Source: Octopus sinensis | Lineage: Eukaryota | NCBI RefSeq assembly: GCF_006345805.1 | Contig: NC_043021.1 | Coordinates: forward strand, 15,500,001-15,564,000 | Direction of reading: 5' to 3' | Length of the DNA stretch: 64,000 nt | In this document: positions 11,991 through 25,643 of the stretch, piece after piece | Layout of the letters: each line of letters starts with the position of its first letter | How positions within the stretch are numbered: the first letter of the stretch is position 1 | The notes under the pieces: generated by a model | What the model was told of the DNA's origin: nothing | Seen by the model: the letters and a program-made list of their open reading frames with translations, nothing else | The model's database searches: none | Made by a program: the position numbers and the translations under genes

Positions 11991-13026
11991 TATATGTATA
12001 CACATATACATTTACATAGATAATTGCATAAAAGCAAACATCTTTATGTCTGCACACACCGATGCAGTCTTGTATACAACTGCACTCTAACACAAATGTG
12101 AAATAGAGGATTAAGCTTCAAATGTCTAAGTTTCCTATATTTTGTGTTGGCAAGAAGAAATTCATTCAGAGAGTCTGTTAAAAGTGAGAGCTTTGGCAAA
12201 AAATTTCAAAGTTTTCTGTTGTGCAGAGGTTGTAAGGTGAAATATGATTTACTTCAGATAAACACTTTTTATTTTGAGTTATACATTGTTTTTAGTTTCC
12301 ATATCCCAGATAAACTCTGAAATACCATTCCTTCTTTGAGGGTTTCAAAATGTTTGCATATGCTTATTGAAATAGATTTAAATTAGTTAGGAGTGTCGCC
12401 AATGTATGCCTTAGATGAGTTGTTGGTTTGTGCAGTTCACTAGTATATACATATTTAGACAGCCAATTGAAATCGAAGAGCAAGTATTGAGATTAATGTA
12501 ATTGCAATTGTTAGGGGTTTGGTTAGTGGTATGGTGATCCAGTTTCACTAGGTTGAAAGAGGCAAGGATCTGTGCAATTTTAGGTGTAGTAGATTAAGAA
12601 ATTTTAATGGTATGGCTCTTCAAAATTTTAAGCTGTGGATGGGGAAGTATATTCTTAAATAATTCAAATAAGCTTTTGTTATTGGTATAATGCCTGATAA
12701 AATAATAGGTGGATTATACCAACAAATGTTAAAAATTTTTATTATTGAGTTAGTTACTGCTAAACCTACAGCAGGATTCTACCAACTATTGAATGAAATG
12801 TTTGCTATATCTCTACCGCAAAACAAAATTTAACAAATTTAATTTAGCTTTTAAATTCTCTCATAATTATCCTAACTCTGCTCTCGCTTTTTCAATTTTT
12901 TCCCCCTCTTTTTCATTGTGATTTGTTATATGTATGCAAGTTTAAGACTTTATCCCTTTTGTTTGGTCAAATTCTACTTGAAGAGCAAAATACAATTTCA
13001 ATTCTGTCAGCATTCCTGTTTATATA

Positions 13027-13089
<63 letters not shown>

Positions 13090-14394
13090 TCAATCATTAG
13101 ACTATGGCCATACACACGCACACACAGATATATATATATATAAAGTTGAAGTTGTCTGTGTATGGCAGGTTTGGTAGCCTTCAACTAACACTATCTCCTC
13201 CGTTAACACCAAAATTTATTTACATCAAAAAGGTGCTTTTTTTTCTATGAAAATCTCTATTTTTTACGATTTTTTGACTGCTGTGTCACCATTTTTCGGT
13301 GTATTTCAACCAGAAAAATGTTCACTTACAGAGAATAACAAGCTACATAATGCAAAATTTTTACTTTTAAAAAATTCCAATTCTAAAGGGTTGAAACAAA
13401 CCTGACCAATTCTAGTATGTATATATATATATATACACACACACCATCATTCAATTTCCTTTTTTCACACACATGCATACAATCACACGCACACACATTG
13501 TGTTTGTGTTTAAAGCTGTTTATATTCCACATCTGTGCAGTTTTCATGCATTAATTTCTAAATGCACCATTTCTTTTTGCTTTTTTTTTTTGCTATGAGA
13601 ACAATACAGAGATATCAACCGAATTAACGAAATTTCTACTAACACAGTAGTCAACAAGTCAGTCAGTTAACTAGCAGATAATTTGTTAATTAATTAATTA
13701 ATTAACACGCTGATTAGCCTGCTAACTAGTTTACCTGTTAGCTATTAAATAAGACAGGTAGTTAGTTATTATTTATTGGGTTAGATTACCTTGCAGATTA
13801 ATCTTTTGCTAATACTCTCGCTGAGCTTCTGTATGTAGATATGAGTCTCATATTCTACTGCAAAACTGTACGGACAGAAGAAATATATTTTGTGGAAATG
13901 ATATCTGTAACCTAATTTGGTTTGTGAATTCCGTAGCTCCTGATAGATTCAAAATCTCATCTTTTTTTTTTTTATTGTCATTCTGCCTAATACCAAAAAT
14001 ATTTCAATTTCTTCTACATTTATCACTCACTATAACTTGGTGTATCTGTCTCTATAACCCATGTCTGTATGCATGTGTGTGTGTGTGTGTGTGCATGTGT
14101 ATGTGCCTGTCTGTTGGTATGTATTTGTAGGTGTGTGCCCACATAATGGATTTTACCATTTCTTTTTCCGATATGTCTTATTACAGGAAATTGCTCACGG
14201 TTTTAATTTGTTTGTATCACAAAAAAAAAAAAGAAAAGAGAAAAGAAGAGAAAAATCTGTCTCCAGTCAACCATTCGTATATTTTTGTTTTCCCTTCTGT
14301 TTTTTGTTAGTCTTTTTCTCTTCTTTCATCTGATGCTAATTTTGTTGTTGTTTTGGCTGATGGCTGTAGTAATATATATTTACTTAGTTTGTAA

Positions 14395-14406
14395 TTATGT
14401 ATGTAT

Positions 14407-14438
<32 letters not shown>

Positions 14439-14449
14439 TTGTGTGTGTT

Positions 14450-14482
<33 letters not shown>

Positions 14483-14710
14483 TTGTGTGTGTTTGTGTAT
14501 ATATATATATATATAGATATATATTTGTGTGTGTTTGTGTATATATATATATATATAGATATATATTTCTGTGTGTGCGTGTGTGTATATATATGTGTGT
14601 GTGTGTGTATATATATGTGTCTGTGTATATGTATGCACATATATACGTGTTTGTCTCTGTGTTTGTGTGTGTGTATGTATGTATGTGTGTGTATATATAT
14701 ATATATATGT
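14395..14710. repeat. Compound (TA)n/(TG)n array
   Basis: Direct reading. Confidence 0.95.
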
Positions 14711-15625
14711 GATATTTCTCTGATTTCTAAATTTTATTTTTGATTTCTATGATTAATAGATATAGGTATATAACAATTTATAGTTGAGGTTTGGTGTTTG
14801 TAGTAGTGTTTTGTAACAATAAGCAGGTGTAGACACAATTGACATGTTGGACTAATGCTTGGCCCTTCTTGTCTTCTAATTCTCAGACACCATTTATATT
14901 CTTGATGCTGTTAACACTTCCAGATTAAATGGTCCTGTCCAGATGTCAAAACCATAATGATATCTGTTAGCCAGCAGAAGAGAGGATGTATTCTTTTAAT
15001 ATACTTGTTTTCTTAGTTTATTTGTGTGTGTGTGTGTGTTTTGGTCATTGTGAAATTTTTACCCCTTGTGTTCTTGTGATTTTGCATTGTCCTTTGTTGA
15101 AATTCTAGCTCTTGTAGGTTGAACTAGTGTTGGATCTTGTTTTGTGGTGGTTTTATTGTGTGCCAATGTATACAAACACAACCATACATTGATATTGCAT
15201 GGTTGTCTTCCTTTGAATTTCTAATTCTGGCAAGGGTTATACTTATTTGAGAGATTCTTGGTTATGGAGTTTATGTTGCATGTTTGTGTGTGTGTGTATT
15301 ATATGCTCATGTGTTATTAATATATATAAAAATATTTTTTTTTGCCATTCAATTCTTGTCGGTCCACTGCTGTATGAAGTCCTCAACATGTCATTCCTTG
15401 CTAACTGTAGGCTTACCTGTCTACTGTGGTCAATTGTTGGCTGAATCGGGTACTCTTATGGTCTGGTGTTTAGGCACTCTGGAATAATTAAATTCAGAGT
15501 TTGACCCTGTAGCATTCAGATTACTCTCTGCTAAATGTAGTTTTTATTTATTCACATTATTCTGATTGTTTTTTTTTAGAATGACTTTGTAGGTTGAATA
15601 TTTGGGCCGGTTACGACTGGTTTAA

Positions 15626-15846
15626 CCCTTTAGCATTTAAACTGGCCATATCCGGCCAGAAGTATTCTGCCTGTTTTATGTTCAAACTGACCAGATCTGG
15701 TCTCTCACACCAACCTTACAATATCGTTTTAAAAATTAACAGCTACCTCATCAAAATCTCACAGCTACAAGATAATGCATGATTAGTTCAAAACAATGTG
15801 GATGAATAAGCATTAATTTTGGTGGAATAATGCAAACACTAAAGGG
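15626..15846. mobile_element. piggyBac-type MITE family 2
   Basis: TTAA TSD at 15622-15625 and 15847-15850; termini CCCTTTAG...CTAAAGGG. Confidence 0.85.
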
Positions 15847-16115
15847 TTAAATGCTAAAGAGTCAAAGAACCAGAGTATCTACCACAAGGCATCATATCCA
15901 GCACTTTGACAATTCCACAAATGCACCCTCCTCTTTCCAATCTGGTGCTTTATTTATCAACCACTGAAGGTCAACCATACTAACATAGATTTTCTCTTTT
16001 TGAGTCTTATATACCTTGTTGTCTACAAATGAAAGTCACTCTCATTAAATATTAAACTGTTTTGTTCTGCTACAGTTAAGTGGATGCATAGTTCCCCGTA
16101 GTTAAAGAGTATTAA

Positions 16116-16335
16116 CCCTTTCGTTACTGTATTTATTTTGGGATACTCTGTGTTTCTTTCATTTACTTTAAATATAACAAAGAATTTCGTAAAATAACTT
16201 GGTTATCATTAAGCTAGTGTTAGGAACATAAATTGTGACCAAGGTTCGGTGGAAGATTTTAATTCAAAACTTATGAAAACAAGACATTTGTACTCAGAGC
16301 CAAAGCCGGTTTCAGCCGGGTTAGTAACGAAAGGG
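16116..16335. mobile_element. piggyBac-type MITE family 1
   Basis: TTAA TSD at 16112-16115 and 16336-16339; TIR CCCTTTCGTTAC/GTAACGAAAGGG. Confidence 0.9.
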
Positions 16336-16508
16336 TTAAAAATTTCTTAGCGTTTTAACGTTCCTCTCTTACATGATCATATGGGTCAAATGAAATTTAT
16401 CAAGGTGATTTTCTATGGCATGATGTCCAGCCTGTTGCCAAACCTCGAACTAATTTCAAATTCAAATTGAGAGGTATTATTTTTAAAAATTTCAGTGAAG
16501 AGATACGA

Positions 16509-16927
16509 TAGGCGCAGGAGTGGCTGTGTGGTAAGTAGCTTGCTTACCAACCACATGGTTCCGAGTTCAGTCCCACTGCGTGGCATCTTGGGCAAGTGTC
16601 TTCTGCTATAGCCCCAGGCCGACCAGTGCCTTGTGAGTGAATTTGGTAGACGGAAACTGAAAGAAGCCTGTCGTATATATGTATATATTTATTTATGTGT
16701 GTGTGTGTGTGTGTGTGTGTCTGTGTCTGTGTCTGTCCCAGTAGCATTGCTTGACAACCGATGCTGGTGTGTTTATGTCCCCGTCACTTAGCAGTTCGGC
16801 AAAAGAGACCATTAGAATAAGTACTGGGCTTACAAAGAATAAGTCCCGGGGTCGATTTGCTCGACTAAAGGCGGTGCTCCAGCATGGCCGCAGTCAAATG
16901 ACTGAAACAAGTAAAAGAGTAAAAGAG
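16509..16927 (+). mobile_element. SINE family A, young full-length copy
   Basis: CpG-retaining copy with complete head and tail. Confidence 0.92.
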
Positions 16928-17359
16928 AGAGATAGTTCTGCTCGTGGAAAGAAAACAAATTTATGTTTTATAAGATCAAACATTCTTCGTGTTTTTTCAA
17001 GGATGTTTATAAAGGGAAATGACTCTCACTCACAATTGTCAGCCAATGTTGTTGAAGAAATGGTTTAAAATATTTAAGCATGTGCAAACATTTCTATGTA
17101 CGGCTAGAAATTTATAAAGGAGTTTGAGAAATCTCTGAGAACGCTATTTTATTTCAATTCCAAGAGGTAAATCAAACAAGCTCCATTTGAATGGTTTTAC
17201 TGTTTTGGCAGAGCAAATTAATTTCCATTTAATGCTGTAATTTAAATTATTTTTAAGACTCCACATACATCTAGACAAACTCATAGCTATAAATTTGAGA
17301 TGATTACAAACTGTGTATCTGTGTTGAATATACTTTGTTTTGAATGAATTTCCAATTAA

Positions 17360-17541
17360 TAGTTATCGCCATGCTAATATGGCAGTCTTATAAATATAAG
17401 ACTAAAGCTGTCGCTGATTAGCTCCAAGAGGGCACCGCCTCAAGCTAGCTATTTGACACAAAATCTGCGTCCATTGGAGCTAATCAACAACAGCTTTAGT
17501 CTTATATTTATAAGACTGCCATATTAGTATGGCGATAACTA
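17360..17541. mobile_element. 182-bp fold-back MITE with 68-bp TIRs
   Basis: TTAA|TAGTTATCGCC...GGCGATAACTA|TTAA; arms differ at 3 positions. Confidence 0.85.
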
Positions 17542-17680
17542 TTAATTTCCAGTAACGCTGCCATAATCTCCTTTAGAGAGACTTAGTAATTTTAATATTT
17601 CTATAATTTCCAATTAGTCCATTGTAAAACTTAGGTGTTTATATTTTAGTGATTTCACAATATAAATAATTTCTTTAGAT

Positions 17681-17888
17681 CAGAGGTCCTCAACCATTTT
17701 TTTGCCTATGGGACCCCTCTGAATGCTATTTTACTATAACTATTCCGTATTTAAAGAATCCTATTATATTTTTATAATTACATATTACATAGGAGCTGTA
17801 TAGAAAATTTATTATAGTATTATAACCAATTTATTGCACATAAATTCTAACAACGAAATCTTATAAGAACCCTGGTTCAGAAGCACTG
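17681..17888. mobile_element. hAT (Charlie-like) MITE
   Basis: CAGAGGTCCTCAACC...GGTTCAGAAGCACTG; perfect 8-bp TSD CTTTAGAT at 17673-17680 and 17889-17896. Confidence 0.88.
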
Positions 17889-18167
17889 CTTTAGATGTAT
17901 ATCTGAGTTGAAGTGAATTCTCTTTTGGGTCTGTATTAATGTAGGATTCTAAATGTTGGGTAGATGAGGAGTGCTACGGTGTGCATCAGTTCATATTTAC
18001 AAAGATTATGTAGAATTGAATGTAGTGAATGCAACACCCCAACCCCAAGACCACAGACCTTTGTTGTCAAGAAAAAAAAAACAAAAGAGAAAAATGCCAA
18101 AAGTTGTGAAAAGAGAGTCTTGACAACTCCCCCAGCCATTCTCAGTGCAGAGAAGAAATATATAAAC

Positions 18168-18698
18168 TATGCTATGGTGTGGCTGTGTGGTATGACGTAT
18201 GATTCCCAACCACATGGTTCTGGGTTCTGGCCCATTGTGTGGCACCTTAGACAAGTGTCTTCCACTATAACCTTGGCCAATCAAAGCCTTGTGAGTGGAT
18301 CTGGTTGATGGAAACAGAAAGAAATACATCAAGTATATATATTGAAATTGATCAACATCAATGGAAATTGTAGCTGTGATACCAGTGCCGGTGACACATA
18401 AGAGAACCATCCAAACGTGGTCGTTGCCAGCGCTGCCCCGACTGGCCTCCGTGCCAGTGGCACATAAAAAGCACCATCTGATCGTGGCCGTTTGCCAGCC
18501 TCGTCTGGCACCTGTGCAGGTGGCACATAAAAAGCACCCACTACACTCACGGAGTGGTTGGCATTAGGAAGGGTATCCAGCTGTAGAAACACTGCCAGAT
18601 CAGACTGGGCCTGGTGCAGCCTTCTGGCTTCCCAGACCCCAGTTGAACCGTCCAACCCATGCTAGCATGGAAAACGGATGTTAAACGATGATGATGAT
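18168..18698 (+). mobile_element. Family A head (18168-18325) followed by family D (18350-18698)
   Basis: Similarity to other copies in the window. Confidence 0.85.
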
Positions 18699-18720
18699 AT
18701 ATGTACACACACACACACAC

Positions 18721-18763
<43 letters not shown>

Positions 18764-18839
18764 GTGTGTGTGTGTCTGTGTGTACGTCTTTGTATCTGTA
18801 CTTGACCCCTGCCACTGCTTGACAGCTGGTGTTAGTGTG

Positions 18840-19410
18840 TTAGAGGGTCCGTCAATTAGATCGACCTTAATACGCAACTGGTACTTAATTTATCGACTCT
18901 CAAAGGATGAAAGGTGAAGTCAACCTCGGTAGAATTTGAACTCAGAACATAAAGACAGATGAAATGCCGTTAAGCATTTTGCCCGGCGTGCTAACATTTA
19001 TTTCTTTGTTGCCCACAAGAGGCTAAACATAGAGGGGACAAACGAGGACAGACAAAGGGATTAAATCGATTACATTGACCCAAGTGCGTAACTGGTACTT
19101 GATTTATCGACCCCGAAAGGATGAAAGGCATAATCGACCTCGGTGGAATTTGAACTCAGAATGTAATGTCAGACGAAATACCTATTTCTTTATTACCCAC
19201 AAGGGGCTAAACACAGAGGGGACAAACAAGGACAGACATAGGTATTAGGTCGATTACATTGACCCCCAGTGCGTAACTGGTACTTAATTTATTGACCCCG
19301 AAAGGATGAAAGGCATAGTCGACCTCGGCGGAATTTGAACTCAGAACGTAATGGCAGACGAAATACCACTAAGTATTTCGCCTGGTGTGCTAACGTTCCT
19401 ACCAGCTCGC
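18840..19410 (-). mobile_element. Three tandem family C SINE copies
   Basis: GGATGAAAGG...GAATTTGAACTCAGAA repeated three times. Confidence 0.85.
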
Positions 19411-19539
19411 TACCTTAGAATTAACCTGTATTAACTCAGGAATATTAATTCTGCCCATATGTACCATACTGTTTTGTGAGAAAGTGTTACATCTGATGCT
19501 GAATAATGTTACTACTCTCTCCGTCTACTATGGAACTGT

Positions 19540-19735
19540 TGAATAGCTTGGTTGCACGACTTGCTAGAAATGTCAGCGAAACATCCCTTAAATCTCACAC
19601 CGATGCTGTTTTGAAAAAGAAGAGCTTGTGGGTAATGTAGTCTTTGTTTGAATTTCAGGTGGGATGGTCATATACTGGTACAGTCTTTGATTGTAGATCT
19701 GCTTAATGAGATCTGACCTGCATCTAAAAAGGCAT
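19540..19735 (+). mobile_element. Family E degenerate repeat (also 26680-26880 and 59575-59870)
   Basis: Shared CTTGCTAGAAAT...AAATCTCACACC...GGATGGTCA...TAGATCTGC motifs. Confidence 0.55.
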
Positions 19736-20869
19736 ATTTCAAACCCTTTGTGTCCATGATGTGCATGTGTGTGTGCATTTGCATATGTGTGTGTGTGTGT
19801 GTGTTGAAAGGACGATTTCTACTTCTTGACTGACAGGTTCAGAATGGAGAGAGTGAAATAGCAAAATGGGTTCCCATATACACACACGTGTACATGTGTG
19901 TGTGTGTGGAGGAAGAGAGAGAGGGAGAGAAAGAAAGTCAACCATTCATTGAACATTCAGTGATAAATAACCATTCATCTTTACCTCCTCATTCACTAGT
20001 GTAGTAGTCACACATAACCATTGTTGCATCAGTTAATATTAAGCCCATAGCTTAGCTGTGTGCTTGTGTGTCTTTTGGAAGGCTTTTATTCTTTTCATAA
20101 AATCACTCCACCATCACCTCACACTCACCTCTCTTTCTCACAGTATATATATGTGTTTATATATGTGTATATATATATATATTCCACTTTCTATCTTTTT
20201 CCAACTACCGTCTTTCACTCCTCTCTCATCATTGTCTTTCTTTTCTTTACGCTCTTTCTATCTTTCTCTCTCCCTCTCTTTCTTGTCCCCCTCTCTCTCC
20301 TTCCTCTCTTGCTTCCTTGCTCTCCTCTTCTTTCCTTACTATTGTTATTGTTGTTGTTCGATTCTCTTTCTCATATCTTTAGAATTCTAGAATTCTCATA
20401 GACACATCTCCTCTCCCTCCCTCTCTCTTCCACTCCCCTCTCTCCCCAGCTCCCTCCCCCTGTCGCCCCACCCCACCTCACCCCCTCCCTCCCTCAGCCT
20501 TAAAGACAATTAAAACATATCAATACTACCATTATATAACATTGTTAATAATACCCCCACCACCACCACCACTGCACCCCACCCCACCCTGACTGCCTCA
20601 CTTTTTCTCAATAATCTACCATTAAATGGATTCATTTTCTTTTATAAAATAAATGATATGCTAGCATACATACACAAAACATACACGCAAACACAAACAC
20701 ATGTTCTCTCTCTCTCTCACTGTCACCACACACACACACATTCACACTCACACACGCACACACACACACACATTCTCTCCCCCTCTCTCCCTCTCTCTCT
20801 CTCTCCTCTCTCTCTCTCCCTATTTCTCCATGTCTTGTTCTCTCACTGTCGCACACAAGCTACATATCT

Positions 20870-21215
20870 GTGCCTATCCATCTAATATTGTATATCTACC
20901 TGTCTAAGTATCTATCCATCTATCTATCTATCTATCTATATATATATATGTCTGTCTGTCTTTCTATCTATCTATCTATCTATCTGTCTATCTATTTGTC
21001 TGTGTATCTATTCTGTCAATCTGTTTGTCTGCCTCTCTGTCTATCTGTTTTGCTAGCTAACTCTTTGCCTGTCTGTTTGTCCCTCTCTCTCTCCCTCTCT
21101 CTCCCCATCTCTCTCTCTCTATCTGCCTATCTATATGTCTATCTGTCTGTCTGTCTATATACCTATCTGTCTATCTATCTGTCTATCTATCTATATCTAT
21201 CTATCTATCTATCTC

Positions 21216-21265
<50 letters not shown>

Positions 21266-21381
21266 TGCTATTTATTTATCTGTCTGTCTGTCTATATACC
21301 TATCTGTCTATCTGCCTGTCTGTCTATATCTATCTGTCTATATCTATCTTGCTATTTATCTAACTGTTTGTCTATTCATCT

Positions 21382-21418
<37 letters not shown>

Positions 21419-21420
21419 CC
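20870..21420. repeat. (TCTA)n/(TCTG)n/(TC)n compound array
   Basis: Direct reading; source of the 236-aa LSIY ORF. Confidence 0.95.
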
Positions 21421-21495
21421 CATAATCTGCCTACCTCTCTCACTGTCACTTACGCAAACACATTCTCTGTCACTTCATCTTCCTCCATCTCCAAT

Positions 21496-21526
<31 letters not shown>

Positions 21527-21641
21527 TATAAAGAAGGTGTAAAGGATTCAATAGAAGGTGTTCATTTTATGTATATTTAATTCATCTCTCTCTCCCTCCC
21601 TCTCTCTTTGTCTTTCTCTCCCTCCCTCCATACTTCTTGCT

Positions 21642-21692
<51 letters not shown>

Positions 21693-22053
21693 CCAGGGGG
21701 TGATGTTTGCTGTTCATTTCATTCATAACTTAGGCTTGGCTGTTCTTCTCTGGAGTGACCTTTTGTTAAGCCTTGCTCGGTAGATGCATTATTAAACAAC
21801 AAAAACAACTGCTACCACACAAAGTGAGCTAACCAGCCTTTTGTTTTTCTATATTAAACTACTGGAGAGAGAGAGAGAGGGAGAGAGGCAGAGAAGGAAG
21901 TAGGAACAGAGTGGTGGTGGTGGTGGTGGTGGTGGGGAGAGGAGACCCGCCAATCCATAAACTGATCAATATTCTCACCATGAATATTATTGGTGACAGT
22001 TATTGACCTGCAGCTGGCTAGACAAACCTTACCCTCTGGAAAACAACAACAAC

Positions 22054-22101
<48 letters not shown>

Positions 22102-23214
22102 CTTTCCTCCTCTCTCAATATCTCCTCCTGTCTCTCTCTTCTCTCTCCTCCCTTCCCTCTCTGTTTATATATATGTGTGTGTGTGGTGTGTATTTATACT
22201 TATTCTGTCTCTCTTACTTTCCTTCTTTTTTTTCTGTCTTTCTTTGGTCCTTCCCCTCTTCTCCCCCCCCACCAATTCTTTCTCCCTGAAATCCTGTCTT
22301 TTCTGTCTTATATCTTTACCAATTTTTTCTTTTATTTTATTTATGCTCTTCATCTCCACTTCCTCCTCTCATTCCCAGTTATATACATGTGCATGTATTT
22401 ACATATAAATACGTACTTGTGTATGTGTGTGTGTATATATATATATATTATATATATATATTATATATATATATATATAATATATTATATATATATATAT
22501 AAGAATATAAAAATGGATGTGTGTGGATGTATGTATATATTATACCACTCTCTCTTTCTCTCTCTCACTAATACTCATCATTGTTTTTCATTCCTCCCCC
22601 TCCTGCACTGTCCCTCTTCCATCATTCCACCCTCACATCACAATTAATTTGTGTTCCTCCTCATACCCTCTCTTCTCTCACCCACCCACTCTCACCTCAC
22701 TGTTATCAGTCTTTCTTCCATTCACTCACTCTCAGTCACACTACCTTCAACAAACAGAGACTATACAAGGAACGTTGAGAGGGTTCTTCCATCTTGTCAA
22801 GGCCATGGCTACCTCTCTAATGTTGGTGCTGTGTTAAAATGCATCTTGTACTCAGGGAAACTTAGTTGGCATAAGGAAGGGCACCTGGTTATTGAAACCT
22901 TACCAAAATCACTGGTCTAAGAAGGTTTGGATTGTGACAAATGATCCATCCATGACAGTATCTAAAACATGTATGAAGTGATGGTATTGATGATGATTTC
23001 ATTGAACTGCAGTCATGCTGGGGCACCGTCTTCAAGGGTTTAGCTGGCCATGTTTTTAAGTACTTATTCTTTTGGCCTCTTTTGCCGAATTTCTAAGTCG
23101 AGGGGATGTAACCAAACCAACACCTGTTGTCAAGCAGTGAGGTGTGATGGGGATGGGGGCAATGAATAACACTAACAGGCTCACCCACACAAATATATAT
23201 ATATATATATATAT

Positions 23215-23370
23215 AGTTAATCCAAACATGAAAGCACAAAAAAACAACAACATGAGGACGTGGAACAAATATAGTATTATTGGACGCTCAGGAAAGAAGG
23301 AGGGTTTAACGTTTCGAGTGGAGCTCTTTGTTGGAAACATAGGAGAAGGGAAGACAGAGGAAAAAAAATC
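23215..23370 (-). mobile_element. Penelope-type cassette P1 with decayed minimal hammerhead (23304-23338)
   Basis: Minus strand GTTT CCAACAA A GAGC TCC ACTC GAAAC GTT AAAC; homologous to 55480-55670; abuts (TA)n. Confidence 0.7.
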
Positions 23371-23644
23371 GCCACTCAGTTTCCATGTACCGAATTCACT
23401 CAGAAGGCATTGCTCAGCTCAGAGCTATTTTAGAACACAGTTGCTCATGTAGTGGCACTGAATCTAAAACTGTGCAGTTTCAAAGTGAGCTTCTTAACTA
23501 CCATGCCTCTGTGTGTGTGTGTGTGTGTTGGGTTCAGTTCCACTTTGGCAAGTGTCTTTTACTATAGCCTTGAGCCAACCAAAGCCTAGTGAATGGATTT
23601 TGTAGATTGAAATTGAAAGGAAGTTCGTCATATATATATATATA

Positions 23645-23883
23645 TTGGGTTGGTGTATAATTATTGCGGCTATTTTTCAACAAAAACAATAACAAACATT
23701 TAACAAAAACATCTTTAAATGATTATTCTGGAGCATATTCACCATCTACTTCAATTACTGCTTCCCATTTGCTTGGCAGATGGGTCAGACCGTCATTTAA
23801 AGATGTTTTTGTGAAATATTGTTATTGTTTTTGTTGAATAAAATTTGTTGAAAAAAGCTGCAATAGATTATACACCAACCCAA
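23645..23883 (-). mobile_element. mariner-derived internally deleted element retaining the transposase C-terminus
   Basis: TA|TTGGGTTGGTGTATAA...TTATACACCAACCCAA; minus 23723-23788 encodes LTHLPSKWEAVIEVDGEYAPE*, like the mariner LPxRWxxVxxxDGxY end. Confidence 0.85.
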
Positions 23884-24687
23884 TGTATATATATATATAT
23901 ATACACATACACACGCATATATGTGTGTGCATATTTTCCATCTGTATATTTATCTATGTATCTACATATATATCGTGTGTGTTTCTTTGTGTCTGCGTTT
24001 GTCCCCATCATTGCTTGACAGCCAGTGTTGGTTTGTTTACATCCCTGTCACTTAGCTGTTTGGCAAAAGCGAGCAATAGAATAAGTACAAGGCTTAAGAA
24101 TAAGTAAGTACTGGGGTTGATTCAGGTGGTGCCCCAGCATGGCCGCTGTGTAATAGAAAAAAGATATATATGTAGATAGAGAAATGTATAAACCAAGTGT
24201 GTACACATACATATATGCATACGTGTGTGTGTGTATCTTTAATTCTCCTTTTCCATTTCCCTTTCAATAATTTGCTACCAAACTGAATTATTGAATTTTT
24301 ATGAAATTAGTTTATCACTGAAAAACATAATAAATAAAAACTAATTTCCTACCATGAATGAATATTGCTGAAATTTGCCTGGTATTTATTAAAAATAGTT
24401 GTTGCTGTTGTTGTTATAATTATTCAGTGTGGTTGATTTGCAGAATCAGTGGAGCTTCAGAAAAAAAAAGAAGGCCCTTGTGGCATTTGTTTGGGCTCTT
24501 TTACAATCTGTGTTCTAGTCCCACCAAGGTCCACTTGTTCTTTTGAGGTCAGTCAAATGAAGTACTAGTCAAGTACGAATGTTGATCTAATCAGCTAATC
24601 CACCACTCTTCCTGCAAAATTCTGGCCTTATACTTATGTTAGAAATATAGTCATCATCATCATTGTCATCATTATTAGTATTATCAT

Positions 24688-25086
24688 CTAGGGCAGCAAG
24701 CTGGCAGAATCGTTAGCACGCTGGATGAAATGCTTAGCGGTATTTCGTCTGCGTTACGTTGTGAGTTCAAATTCCGCCGAGGTCGACTTTGCCTTTCATC
24801 CTTTCGGGGTCGATAAATTAAGTACCAGTTACGTACTGGGGTCGATGTAATCGACTTAATACCTATGACTGTCCTTGTTTGTCCCCTCTGTGTTTAGCCC
24901 CTTGTGGGTAAAAAAGAAATAGGTATTTCACCCATCGTTACATTCTGAGTTCAAATTCTGCCAAGGTCAACTTGGCTTTTCATCCTTTCAGGGTCAATGA
25001 ATTACATACCAGTGAGACGCTAGGGTCGATGCAATTGACTAGTCCCCTCCCCCAAAATTTCAGGCTTTGTGCTTCTAGTAGAAAGG

Positions 25087-25121
<35 letters not shown>

Positions 25122-25565
25122 CATTATTATTATTATTATTAAAAGTGGTGAGCTGGCGGAATTGTTAGCACACCAGATAAAACACTTGGTGGTATTTCGT
25201 CCATCTTCATGTTCTGAGTTCAAATTCCACCAAGGTCGATTTTGCCTTTCATCCTTTCAGGGTCGATAAAATAAGTACCAGCTGAGTTCTGGGGTTGGTG
25301 TAGTCAACTATCCTTCTCACCCAAGTTTCAGGCCCTGTGCCTATAGTAAAAAGGATTATTATTATTATTAAGATGGCCAGCTGGTGGAATTGTTAGCATG
25401 CCAGGCAAAATGCTTAGCAGTATTTCATCTGTCTTTATGTTCTGAATTCCAATTCTGCTGAGGTTGACTTTGCCTTTCATCCTTTCAGAGTTGATGAAAT
25501 AAGTACCAGCTGAGCAGTGAGGTCTCTCCCCACCAAAACTTCAGGCCTCATACTTATGGTAGAAA
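24688..25565 (+). mobile_element. Four tandem family C SINE copies separated by (TTA)n
   Basis: Repeated GCTGGCAGAATCGTTAGC...GAGTTCAAATTC...GCCTTTCATCCTTTC. Confidence 0.88.
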
Positions 25566-25643
25566 GAAGTATTATTATTATTGTTGTTCATTGTGTACAT
25601 TATTTACATTTGAAGGATATTTGTCCTCATCTTGTTTGTTGTT

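Noticed and set aside
12380-12830. AT-rich block suspected to be a NUMT or LINE remnant
   Set aside because: No sustained frame or recognisable motif on manual translation
14860-14990. Exon-like segment with acceptors on both strands (minus frame YHYGFDIWTGPFNLEV)
   Set aside because: Frames close within 25 codons, there is no donor, and the peptide is not recognised
15417-15478. Minus-strand exon-like segment (TTCCAG...CAG|GTAAGC)
   Set aside because: Stop codons in all three frames; no other support
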